Source: the human T2T-CHM13v2.0 reference genome, Homo sapiens
Reading direction: 5' to 3' (one strand)
NCBI RefSeq assembly: GCF_009914755.1
Contig: NC_060934.1
DNA: 64,000 bases
Shown piece by piece: positions 1 through 15,989 of the stretch. How positions within the stretch are numbered: position 1 is the first letter of the stretch; each line of letters begins with the position of its first letter. The position numbers and the translations under genes were made by a program. The notes under the pieces are model-generated. The model was not told the origin of the DNA, did not search any database, and saw nothing but the letters and a program-made list of their open reading frames with translations.

Positions 1-269
1 TTTAAATGATGCAATACACATATTGCACTCTTTAGAAGCTCCTGCATATCAGTAGGTATCCCTGGATGAGACTAGTTTGGAAGCTATCATTTGTAAGTGT
101 ACTTTTTAAAGTGTAGTGTTGTTCATTTGGAACATTTTATTGTAATTTAATATTTTTAGTAACTGTCAGTTTTGTAAGCATTTATTGTTTTAGGAGCCTA
201 ATAATTATACATGTATAGGTAGGCATAGCCAGAAGGTAGAGTACTCATTTCTTTAGATATTAAGAATCT

Positions 270-772
270 TATCTTTATGTTAAATGTTAGCTTTGGCTCT
301 CAGATTCCTCTTGATCACTTTAGCCAATGATTTTTCCCCACCTAACTACGCACGAAGAAGAAACAAAGGGGATAGGACACACACACAAAAAAAAACTCTG
401 CAATTTATGAAAACTGAACTTCACACCCTTTTCAGTATTTCCATTTACTGTCAGTTTCTGTAAGACCAAGTCAGGCATTTAAGGCCTCTAACTGCATCCA
501 AGTCAGTTAAGGATTAAATTTAATCTGAATTTTAATTTAATCCAGTTTTTGTTGTGACTGTTAAACCCAGCTTGGATTAAAAATGTGTTCAAACACAGAT
601 AGCTCAAAATACAAATCTGTAGAGCTTTGTAATCCAAGAGAGAATTTAACCACAATCCCCAGTAGCTGTGAGAAAGTAATGGACATGAATCAACATGGCA
701 GGTACCTCATTTGGTCATTTGATGTTTTGGGGGTCACTAAAATACCTACTTTGGATCCCACTTCAGACAACA
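270..772 (-). mobile_element. MER57-int (ERV1) 5' leader fragment
   Basis: Abuts the MER57 LTR through a tRNA-Leu PBS. Non-coding leader-like sequence; the left boundary is approximate. Confidence 0.6.
755..772 (-). other. Primer binding site, tRNA-Leu
   Basis: Reverse complement TGTTGTCTGAAGTGGGAT matches the tRNA-Leu(CAA) PBS TGGTGTCAGAAGTGGGAT at 16/18, 2 nt inside the LTR end. Confidence 0.8.
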
Positions 773-774
773 TT

Positions 775-1176
775 TGTTAAAATTAAAACCTACAGGCAAA
801 TTATATTTAACAAAGTTTAACTAGGCAAATAATATTTGTAAATTGGGCAGCTGCTTAAGCTAGAATAGCTTCAGAGCAACTCTGTACTCCCATGTAGTCA
901 GAGGGGATTTATGGACAGAAAAAGAGAAGTGATGTACAAGAAATGGAAGTGAAGTGCAGAAATAGCTAGATTGGTTACAGCTTAGCAGTTGTCTTATTTG
1001 AACATAGTTGGAACATTTGGTTGCCTTTGATTAGCTGAAACTTGGTAACTGGTACAAGAGTAGGTTACAGTTTGTTTACATGTTCAGGCAGGTCAGAGTC
1101 CACTATCTATAGAGAAACCTTTGGACTGACATTAAAACGTGTAAACAGATACCTGTAGGCTAAACTTGACTTATCA
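775..1176 (-). mobile_element. MER57-family LTR (5' LTR)
   Basis: Minus strand starts TGATAAGTCAAGTTTAGCC, contains GTTCAAATAAG...GCTGTAACCAATC, and ends TTAACA. These are hallmarks of the MER57 consensus as recalled. Confidence 0.8.
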
Positions 1177-1567
1177 CAGGTCACTTGTGTTTTGGAACAC
1201 CTACTTGAATTTTCCATTTTCAGGGCAGTTTGCATGAGACAGTACCTGACTTACTTAGAAAAGCCAAAGGGAGAATGCTCTGTTCATAAATGACACTCCT
1301 TCAACCTTCTTCCCTATGCATGCAACTGTGACTCTGATCATGCCTTTTCCTGGAAGGAAAATCACATGAAAACCTAAGAAGAGGCATAATTTGGGCACAT
1401 AAAATCCACATAACTATTTTACAACTTGGAGGAAATTGTCCTTTCTCAAAATTATTTTTACCATTCATTTCAAAATTATCTGTGGGTGGGGGGTGGTAGT
1501 CAATCATACCCTCTTCCCACTTTTCTGCTTTAACTGGGGATATGATTATTTGTCTTCATGGAGGTAT

Positions 1568-1894
1568 AAGTACACCATCCTTTATCTGAAATCCCTGGAG
1601 CCCAATATATTTTCTAATTCAGAATGGTTTGACTTTAAATATATATTGTTATATTTTCTACAGATTTTGGAAACTTCCAGTAATGTGGATGATAAAATAT
1701 AATCAAACATTTTGATATTTCTTTAGAAAAATATTAGTAATTACACAAAGATGGATGAGTAAGGGACATAAATGGATTCATTTCACTTCACTTAAAGTCT
1801 TGGCCTTCAAATAAAATTACAAATAACTTAATTCGCTTTTAATTTTTCAGGATTTTAGTATTACAGATTGAGGATGAAGGATTTCTAACCCTGC
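1568..1894. mobile_element. Ancient TcMar/Tigger-like MITE (subfamily uncertain)
   Basis: Degenerate terminal inverted similarity (…CCATCCTTTATCTG… versus …GATGAAGGATTT…CCTGCA). Weak. Confidence 0.3.
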
Positions 1895-1917
1895 ATTACT
1901 GAAAAAAAAACTTAGAT

Positions 1918-2098
1918 CTGCATTGTCCAACACAGTAGCCATAATGATTCATGGTTATTTAATTTAAATTTAAAGTAATTACAAGTAAAGGCAGTTTTAA
2001 ATTCAGTTGTTCAGTTGCATTAATCACATTTGTAGTACTTAATACATACCTGTGGCTAGTGGCTTCCATATGGCACAACACAGATATTCAGAATTCCT
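1918..2098. mobile_element. MER3-like hAT-Charlie DNA transposon
   Basis: CTGCATTGTCCAACACAGTAGCCA…AAATTCAGTT…TGTGGCTAGTGGCT…CAGATAT follows the palindromic MER3/MER33 pattern. Confidence 0.75.
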
Positions 2099-2179
2099 TC
2101 TTACCCAGATGACAGTAGTAATTTCAACCTCAGCAAACTCACAATCCATTTTTTCTTTCAAACTAGAATTTTAGTTATC

Positions 2180-2294
2180 TTTTTAAAATTTATATTTATT
2201 TATTTATTTATCTATTTATAGATGGAGGCTTGCTTTGTTGCCCAGGCTGGAGTGCAGTGGCACAATCACTGCTCCCTGCAACCTCTGCCTCCCC
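2180..2294 (-). mobile_element. Alu right-arm fragment (AluJ/FRAM-like)
   Basis: (TTTA)n tail followed by TTGCCCAGGCTGGAGTGCAGTGGCACAATC…GCAACCTCTGCCTCC. Confidence 0.85.
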
Positions 2295-2720
2295 GTTATC
2301 TCATTTTTAAAATAATACTAGTCATATGTGCTGGCTTCAAGTGAAATGGAGTAGCTATTAGAGTAGCAACTAAAAGTCTGATTAAACACAGAAACTGTGG
2401 GTTAGAAGATTGGAGAACTTTTGAGCTAAAAATTAGTCTCAGGGATCCATAGATGGGAGAACCTCAGAGGTCAGCTGATGGCTACAGTCAATGTTGGATG
2501 TTGTTCATATCTAATTCTGGGTGAAGGCAGGAGGTGTTAAATAATTCTGTCTGCCTAGTGTGAGAGGGATGAACCCTTACTGGAAGAAGATAAACCTCAC
2601 TGGAAACTCTGCATTTTTTTATATGTAACTACTGGCACTTAACCAAGGCTTACTAGGCATGCCAAAGATAGAAATAAATGAACAGATAAAGAATAGAGAA
2701 GGAAAAAAGGCAATAAAAAA

Positions 2721-3473
2721 TAAATGCAAATCAAAACCACAATGAGATACCATCTCACACCAGTTAGAATGGCGATCATTAAAAAGTCAGGAAACAACAG
2801 GTGCTGGAGAGAATGTGGAGAAATAGGAACACTTTTACACTGTTGGTGGGACTGTAAACTAGTTCAACCATTGTGGAAGTCAGTGTGGCGATTCCTCAGG
2901 GATCTAGAACTAGAAATACCATTTGACCCAGCCATCCCATTACTGGGTATATACCCAAAGGACTATAAATCATGCTGCTATAAAGACACATGCACACGTA
3001 TGTCTATTGGGGCACTATTCACAATAGCAAAGACTTGGAACCAACCCAAATGTCCAACAATGATAGACTGGATTAAGAAAATGTGGCACATATACACCAT
3101 GGAATACTATGCAGCCATAAAAAATGATGAGTTCATGTCCTTTGTAGGGACATGGATGAAATTGGAAATCATCATTCTCAGTAAACTATCGCAAGGACAA
3201 AAAACCAAACACCGAATGTTCTCACTCATAGATGGGAATTGAACAATGAGAACACATGGACACAGGAAGGGGAACATCATACTCTGGGTACTGTTGTGGG
3301 GTGGGGGGAGGGGGGAGGGATAGCATTAGGAGATATACCTAATGTTAGATGACAAGTTAATGGGTGCAGCACAGCAGCATGGCACATGTATACATATATA
3401 ACTAACCTGCACATTGTGCACATGTACCCTAAAACTTAAAGTATAATAATAATAATAATAAAAAGAAAAAAAC
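2721..3473 (+). mobile_element. 5'-truncated young L1 (about L1PA3) with ORF2 C-terminus, 3'UTR and tail
   Basis: ORF 2724-3242 is the ORF2p C-terminus ([18 protein letters not shown]). G-rich 3'UTR, (TAA)n/A tail, and a 25-bp direct repeat at 2695-2719 and 3474-3498. Confidence 0.95.
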
Positions 3474-3789
3474 AGAGAAGGAAAAAAGGCAATAAAAATA
3501 TGTTTACACTAGGGAGCATTCCCTATATTATTTTAAGAGAGCAACATTTACCTTAATATGATTAAGCATATATTACCTTAATATCAGAAAACTGACAATA
3601 AAATTTTGATGAGTAAAATTAGCAGACCAATGTTTCTTATAAATATAAATACAAATATCCTCAACTAAATATAGCAAATCAAATATAACTGTGTCTCTAT
3701 GTGTATTTTCATTAATGCATATTAATATACGTTATGTATACCACATATATAGGCAGGTCAAAATAAATGGCCATATTAATAGATTTAAA

Positions 3790-4595
3790 AAGAAAAATAA
3801 ATATTGGCAAAGATGTAAATAATAGAAAATTCATACACTGTTGTTAGTATTGTAAATTAGCACAACCATTTTTGAAAGCAATATGGAGGTTTCTCAGAAA
3901 ACTAAACATAGAATTATCACATAATCCACCAATCCCACTACTGGGTTTATACCCAAAGAAAATAAAATCAGCATGTGAAAGTGATATCCTCACTTTCATG
4001 CTCATAGCAGCATTATTCACAATAGCCAAAATATCGGAACAACCTAAGTGTCCATCAACAGATGAATGAATGAAGACATGTGGTATATATACACAATGGA
4101 ATGCTACTCAATCTTTAAAAAATCCAGAACATTCTGTTATTTGTGACAACATGGATGAACCTAGAGGACATTATGTTAAGTGAAATAAGGCAGACACAAT
4201 GAGGCAGATACTATAAGATCTCACATATAGGTAGAATCTAAAAAAGTCAAACTCATGGAAATAGTGAGTAGAATGATGGTGACTAGAGTCTTTGGAGAAG
4301 GGGTGGATAGGGAAAGGGGAGTCATCAGCAAATAGCCACAAAGTTACAGTTAGATAGGCGAAATAAGTTGTAGTGTTCTACTGCACAGAAATGTGACTAT
4401 AATTAGCAATAATATCTATTTCAAAATAGATAAAAGCTTAACAGTTTTCATCCCAAAGAAATAAATGTTTGAGATGATAGATATAATAATCATTCCCATT
4501 TGATAATTCTATAATGTATACCTGTATCAAAATATCACTTTATACCCCATAAATATATACAATTGTTGTCAACTAAAAATGAAATAAAATTTGAA
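3790..4595 (+). mobile_element. Old L1MA-type 3' end
   Basis: Degenerate ORF2 C-terminus (IPLLGLYPK…PKCPSTDE) plus an L1MA-type 3'UTR ending AAATAAAA. Confidence 0.8.
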
Positions 4596-4599
4596 CAAA

Positions 4600-5420
4600 A
4601 GGAATCCACTTGATCAAATTATACATATTCATGACAAAAAAAATTAAAATAAGAGAGACAATTGCCTAAATCTGATAAAAAAAAATTTACCAAACTATAC
4701 ATTAAACACCATTTTCAATTGTGAGATATTAAACCTCCACTCTCTCCTGGAGATTAGAAATATAACAAGGCTCCCCACTATCATGATTTATATTCAACAC
4801 TGTCCTTACCAGTGAAATAATGCAATACAGATAAATTAAAGTTATGACCATTACAGAATAAGAAATAAACATTAAATCAGATCACAGAATTGTGTACATA
4901 GAAATTACAAATGCATCAAGAAAAAGATTATTGTCAATGATAACTAAAATTAGCAAAGTTGCTAGATATGAGGTCATAAACATAATAAGGTAATTATATT
5001 TCCTTGTACCAGAAAAAAAGAAATAAGAAGGCATTTTGTAATGCACACTATTTATAATAACATCAAAAATATCATTTGCTTAAGGAAAAAACCTAACAGA
5101 TGTACAAGTCACTGCACTTAAAACTAAAGATTACTAAGAAAATAAAAAAAGCCGTAACAAATTGGAAGCATAATCAGATTCATGAATTAAAAAATTCAAC
5201 ATGTCAAGAAATCAATTCTTTTAAAATTGACCTACAAAGTTAATGTCACCCTGATAAAAATAACAGAAGAGTGTTTTGGGGAAATTAACAAAGAGATACC
5301 ATTAGAAATTATTTGGAAATGTAAGCACCTAAGAGTAACCAAAAACTTATTAAGTAAGCAGAACAAATTTGGAAGACACACTTTGTCAGCTTTCAAGACA
5401 ATAAAATGTGACAATTTGAA
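4600..5420 (+). mobile_element. Very old L1M ORF2 (RT region) remnant
   Basis: A-rich L1-like tracts (TATTCAACACTG, AGCAAAGTTGCTAGATA, ATTTGGAAATG). Highly decayed. Confidence 0.6.
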
Positions 5421-5789
5421 ATATTGACTACAGGGGATCATTAACATACCCAAAGTACTTTTTATCGTATTCAATGTTCTATGCCAAGATTATTTTATTA
5501 ATGTTCTTATAATTTCTGAGTGATATGTGGAACTTCCAATATTGTGTAATCAACTCTACTGAGACACACCAATCCTTTCCACATTTATACTTGCTAGACA
5601 TACAAAATCATCCTCAATTGTAACATCAACTTCATACACTCTTCTAAATTTGTCAACTCAAAATTATTTTTAGGCCAAAGGAGAGTAGAACATTTATAAG
5701 CCAATGTTAATATTTCCATTAATGGAAGTGAATTTGATGAATCAGTGGTTGTATAAAGACAGTCCATCAAGATTAAGCTAGCCTATAGA

Positions 5790-7550
5790 AAATATTGTTG
5801 AAAGAAATTAAAGAAGATCTAAGTAAAGGGAAAGATATCCCACATTCATCTATTGGAAGGTTTAACATTGTTAAGATGATACTACTTCCTAAATAAATCT
5901 ACAGATTGAATACAATCCATAACCATATCCCTCCTACCTTCTTTGCAGAAATTGACAGGGTTGTCCTAAAATTTATATGGAAATGTAAGTAACCCAAATT
6001 GTTGAGAACCAAAAAAATTGTGGAAAAAACAACATTGAAGGAATAACACTTCTCAACATCAAAATTTACAGCAAAGATGATTGGGTGTAGTGGCGTACAA
6101 AGAAAGATTTATAGATCAATGGGATAGGATTGAGAATCCAAAAATAAACCCTCACATGTATAGCCAATTGATTTTCAACAAATGTGCCAAGATTCTTCAT
6201 TAGGACAAAAGTATTCTTTTCAATGAATGGCGCTAAGACAACTAGATATCCGTGTGCAAAAGAATAAATTTGGACACATAACTCACACTAGAATGAAAAA
6301 TTGACTCAGAATGAGATTATAGACATAAATGCAAGAGTTAAAACTATAAAACTCTTAGAAGAAAACTTGGAATGAATCGTTATGATCCCGGATTAGGCAA
6401 CTGTTTCTTAAATATGATACCAAAACTACAAGCAACCAAAGAAATCAGTATATTAGGTTTTATAAAAATTAGAAACCTTTTGTATGTCAAAGAGCACTGG
6501 CAAGAAAAGAGAAGATAACCCACAGGATGGGAGAAAATATCTTCAAATTATGTATCTGATAAGAGACTTGTATCAAGAATATATAAGAACTTTTCCAACT
6601 CAATAACTTAAAAAATTATAATGATGCAATTAAAAATGCAAAGAATCTGAATACATATTTTCATAAAAGGATAATACAAATGGTCAATAAGCACATGAAA
6701 GAATGCCCAACCTCATTAGCCATGAGGAAAATACAAGTTAAAACCAAAATAAAAAGCCACTTCTTACCCACTAGGATGGCTAGAGTGAAAACGACAGATA
6801 ATGAAAAGCATTGGCAAGGGTATGAAAAAATGGAAGCCATCATACACGCTGCTGAGGATATAAAATGGTTCAGCCAATTTTATGCCTATGTTTTCTTGTA
6901 GGAATATTTTCTTTTTAGTTCTTATAAGTGTGTCTTTGATCCAGCCACAGTTGCTCCAATGATTAAACATAGAGTAACCATATGACTCAGAAATTCCACT
7001 TTCAGGTATATGCTGTAAACAAATGAAAACATATATATACACAAAAACTTGTACATAAATATTCATACCAGCATTATTTATAATAGCCAAAAAATAGAAA
7101 CAATCAAAATGTTTATCAATCAATGAATGGAAACATAAAATATAATATATCCACACTAGAGTATTAGTCAACCGTATAAGGAAATGAAGTACTTATGTGT
7201 GCTACGACATCAATGAATCTTGAAAACATTATGCAAGTGAAAGAAGACAGAAACAAAAGATCAATTACTGTATGACTCTATATATGTAAAATGTCCAGAA
7301 TAGCAAATCTATAGATACACAAAGTAGATTAGCATTGCCTAGTGCTGGAGAATTGGGGAACAATAGGAAGTGACTGTTAAGCATATTGGTTATCTTTTCA
7401 GGTTGAAGGAACTGTTCTAAAATTGATTTCTGTCATGGCTGCACAGCTCTATGAAAATAATGAAACCATGAATTGTACTTAAAATGTATGAAGAAATGGT
7501 ATATGAATTGTCCTCAATAAAAATATTATGTAAATAGAACAAAAAAGAAA
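5790..7550 (+). mobile_element. L1MB-type ORF2 3' half plus 3'UTR
   Basis: GAAAGAAATTAAAGAAGATCTAAG…NKHMKECPTSLAMR… followed by an L1MB-like 3'UTR ending CTCAATAAAA. Confidence 0.8.
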
Positions 7551-7654
7551 AAAAGTTATATTCTGAATACTATAGTGAGGTCTAATGAGCAATGCAGTTT
7601 TAAAAGACAGTAATGAGAAAATAGCCACTGGTAACTGAAATACCAGAGACCTTA

Positions 7655-7826
7655 CAGTTCTTTTTAACCTTGGATTAGTGGAGAGGCTCCACAGCATTAA
7701 GAAAACCCATATAAATGTGTGAAAACTACTGGGAACTCATGTAGTTACATTCTTCTGGTAAGGTGTTCATACATTTAATGAGATTCTAAAATTAATTGAT
7801 TTCCAAAAGATAAGAATCATTGACCT
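7655..7826. mobile_element. Possible MER103/Charlie-type hAT remnant
   Basis: CAGTTCTTTTTAACCT…GAGATTCT…AAGAATCATTG resembles hAT MITE termini. Very diverged. Confidence 0.35.
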
Positions 7827-8615
7827 TGGAGAAAGAAGGCAAAGAGTAGGAACAATTTGCTTCTTTCCCCTCCAATTGTATCGAACTATTCCACCTTTAC
7901 TTCATTCCATCTGGAACACATAATTTGAGTGGTACTGGTCATATTCATGGACAATTCTTTGAAAGTCACCTTCATCAGCATTATCGACTCATTGCCATTT
8001 TCACTGACTGATTCCTCATTTCTTTCCAGTACTATGAAGTGACTGAATAAAATATTAGTGGCCTTAGGTAAAAAATTTCTTGTCTAGAGTTAGCTGTTTT
8101 CAGTTTGTTCTGGACTGGGTCTCTCCCCAGTTTAAAGAAGACTTTGCACCTATATTTATCCTTATAACATCTATATTACTCTTATCCCAGTGTCCAAATT
8201 GACTCTACTATTATTCAAATTCATGATCCAAACATTTCCCTTCTTGGTTTAATTTATCAAATACAATATCTAGTATCATTAATAAAATTTCCCACATGGC
8301 TCCTATTATTTGGCACTCATATGCTCCTCTAACTACAGCTAATATTTATAGGTCATTGAGGATATGGCAACGTGAACAACCAGGCTTTATTTATTTATTT
8401 ATTATCTTTAAATTATACTTTAAGTTCTAGGGTACACATGCACAATGTGTAGGTTTGATACATAGGTATAAATGTGCCATGTTGGTTTGCTGCACCCATC
8501 AACTCGTCATTTACATTAGGTATTTCTTCTAATGCTATCCATCCGCAAGCCTCCCATCCCATGAAAGGCTCTGGTGTGTGATGATCCCTGCCCTGTGTCC
8601 AAGTGTTCTCATTGT

Positions 8616-12436
<3,821 letters not shown>

Positions 12437-12496
12437 TATAATGTTTGCTGGTTATTTTGCCTGTTCATTGCAGTTTCTTCATAGCATCGATGGTCT

Positions 12497-13516
12497 TTAC
12501 AATTTGGCATGTTTTTGCAGTGGCTGTTAACAGTTGTTTCTTTTCATGTTTATTGTTTCCTTCAGGAGCTCTTGTAAGGCAGGCCTGGTGGTGACAAAAT
12601 CTCTCAGCATCTGCTTGTCTGTAAAGGATTTTATTTCTCCTTCACTTATGAAGGTTAGTTTGGCTGGATATGAAGTTCTGGGTTGAAAGTTCTTTTCTTT
12701 AAGAACGTTGACTATTGGCCCCCACTCTCTTCTGGCTTGTAGGGTTTTTGCAGAGAGATCTGCTGTTAGTCTGATGGGCTTCCCTTTGTGGGTGACCTGA
12801 CCTTTCTCTCCGGCTGCCCTTAACATTTTTTCCTTATTTCAACCTTGGTGAATCTGACAATTATGTCTTGGGTTTGCTCTTCTCAATGAGTACCTTTGTG
12901 GTGTTCTCTGTATTTCCTGAATTTGAATGTTGGTCTGCCTTGCTAGATCGGGAAGTTCTCCTGGATAATATCCTGAAGAGGGTTTTCCAACTTGGTTCCA
13001 TTCTCCCCACTGCTTTCAGGTACACCAATTCAACAGAGATTTGGTTTTTTCACATAGTCCCATATTTCTTGCAGGCTTCATTCATTTCTTTTTACTCTTT
13101 TTCTCTAACTTTGTCTTCTCACTTTATTTCATTGATTTGATCTTCAATCACTGACACCCTTTCTTCCACTTGATGGAATTGGCTATTGAAGCTTGTGCAT
13201 ACATCATGAAGTTCTTGTGCCATGGTTTTCATCTCTATCAGGTCATTTAAGGTCTTCTCTTCACTGTTTATTTTAGTTAGCCATTTGTCTAACTTTTTTC
13301 AAGGTTTGTAGCTTCCTTGCAATGGGTTTGAACATGCTCCTTTAGCTCAGATAAGTTTTTCATTATTTCTGACCTTCTGAAGCCTACATCTGTCAACTTG
13401 TCAAAGTCATTCTCTGTCCAGCTTTGTTCCATTTCTGGTGAGGAGCTGTGATCCTTTAGAGAAGAAGTGCTCTGGTTTTTAGAATTTTCAGCTTTTCTGC
13501 TCTGGTTTCTCCCCAT
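12497..13516 (-). pseudogene. ORF1: Disrupted L1 ORF1
   Basis: MGRNQSRKAENSK… and …KGKPIRLTADLSA…MLRDFVTTRPALQE fragments, split by stops and frameshifts. Confidence 0.9.
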
Positions 13517-15035
13517 CTTTGTGGTTTTATCTACCTTTGGTCTTTGATGTTAGTGACCCACAGATGGGGTTTTGGTGTAGATGTTCTTTTTGTTGATGTT
13601 GATGCTATTCCTTTCTGTTGGTTAGTTTTCCTTCTAACAGTCAAGTCCCTCAGCTGCAGGTCTGTTGGAGTTTGCTGGAGGTCCACTCCAGATTTTTCCT
13701 GGGTATCACCAGTGGAGGCTGCAGAACAGAAAATGTTGCAGAACAGCAAATATTGCTGCCTGATCCTTCCTCTGGAAGCCTCGTCCCAGAGGGGCACCCA
13801 CCTATATGAGGTGTCTGTTGGCCCCTACTAGGAGGTGTCTCCCAGTTAGGCTACACGGGGCCAGGTACCCACTTGAGGAGGCAGTCTCTCTGTTCCCAGA
13901 ACTCAAACACTGTGCTAGGAAAACCACTTCTCTCTTCAGAGCTGTCAGACAGGGACATCTAAGTCTGCAGAAGTTGTGTGCTGCCTTTTGTTCAGCTATG
14001 CCCTTCCCACAGAGGTGGAGTCTATAGAGGCAGTAGGCCTTGCTGAGCTGCGGTGGGCTCTGCCCAGTTCAAGCTTCCCGGCCACTTTGTTTACCTACTC
14101 AAGCCTCAGCAATGGTGAACGCCCTCCCCCAGTCAGCCTGCTGCCTCACAGTTCAATCTCAGACTGCAGCGCTAGCAGTGAGCAAGGCTCCGTGGGTGTG
14201 CAAACTGCCAAGCCAGGCATGGGAGAGAATCTCCTTGTCTGCTAGTTGCTAAGACCTTGGGAAAAGCACAGTATTTGGGTGGGAGTGTCCCATTTTTCCA
14301 GGTACAGACTGTCACAGCTTCCCTTGGCTAGGAAAGGGAAATCCCCTGGCCCCTTGCTCTTCCCAGGTGAGGTGATGCCCTGCCCTCCTCCAGCTTGCCC
14401 TCCATGGGCTGCACCCACTGTCCAATCAGTCCCAATGAGATGAACCAGGTACCTTAGTTGGAAATGCAGAAATCACCTGTCTTCTGCATTGATCACACTG
14501 GGAGCTGCAGACCAGATCTGTTCCTATTCAGCCATCTTGGAATGGAGAGCCAGGCTTTATTATAGAATCTGCATTTCCATAATCCAGACTTCCTTCAAGA
14601 CAGAGGCCAAAGAGAGGAACAATCTCATAATCTGGTCTCTGAGTTCTATTCTCATTGTATATATCATTCTACAGAACTACTATAATTTCCTCTAATAATT
14701 ATCCACATTCAACTCTTTTTCTGGTGCATACCTGACCAAATAACATTCCATGTCAACATTCAGGTTTGCAGGTTATTGAAAGACATCCCCAACTCCATAT
14801 CTATTCAAATTCATTTTTGGTTCCACTCAATTAAGGTTTCTCTCCTCCATCTTTTTGCCACCAAATACCTGTGTACATCTCTTCATACTGCAAGACAATA
14901 GTAGCAAACATATGGCTCTGTCCAGCCACATAGTCAGCCCTTGTCATGAAGAATCTGTTTGTTCATTCCACTTGTCAGCATGAATTCACAAAACTCTGAC
15001 TCAGCCACTGAGTGCAGCTTTCAGGGAGAATAACT

Positions 15036-15438
15036 TGAAGGCTATAAGCAGGATACAGTACAGGTCTCCAATAATCTTTCCTGAATTATGGCATTTTTAA
15101 AAATTGTAAGTCTAATGATTATAGCCTTTGCCTTTTTCTGTATGTAAGATAATATCTTACAGGTTTAATAATTATGCATCTGTAATTTATAAGTAGATTT
15201 ACCTTTACATTGAAACTTTGATGAAGTTTAGCTCTAATGTAACTTCTAACCACATTTGATGTAACTTATGAGCACATGCAGAACCTCCACCACCAGTATA
15301 TAAGCTCTTGGCTGAAACAGTACTTTGGAGTATTTTAACAGAAACTCTGAAAACTACCCTAGATTGCAGTCCTCAGGAAGACTCTGAATAAAATTAACTT
15401 TAATTCTTTAAAAGGAAGATGTTTTTCTTTAGTTGACA
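15036..15438 (+). mobile_element. Solo ERV1-class LTR (MER34/MER4-group-like; family uncertain)
   Basis: TG…CA termini (TGAAGGC…TTAGTTGACA), TATATAA box at about 15297, and AATAAA at about 15387 after GCAGTCCTCAG. No clear TSD. Confidence 0.65.
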
Positions 15439-15989
15439 GCACCATTCTACTCATCTAAAATCCCCACTCCTATGTTTTGTGCAAGTATTTAAAGATCTAC
15501 ATCAAACCTCAGGGATTGCAAGAGGCCCTCCTAGGTTTAACCCTTCCTTCTCTCTCTTCCATATGCTGTGTGATATGATTATGCCTACTTTCAATTTATA
15601 TTTGTATTTTTTAACTTGTTTGTATTTCCATTTCACCTGACATATGCATTCTGTCTTTCTTAGATTATTATTAACTAAAAACAGTGTAATTAGTATATTC
15701 TAATTATTTAACAATTTAATTTTTAATTCTTCCATGAAACTTTGGTCACATCCATATACACAATAGGTGCTTGTCAAATACTTCTGGACTGATCATCTCA
15801 ATGTCTCCAATAAGTACAGAACTAATAAATAAACTGCAAAAATGTAGGCAAGCAAATTTTATATGTCCCATTTTGATACAAAAATTATAAATTCTCATGG
15901 ATTAGTAATGTTTAGGAGTTATTGAGGTTCTTTTATTTTTCCAAAAAATAACTTTTAACACAAGCAAAATATTTACGTACTTTATTGTG

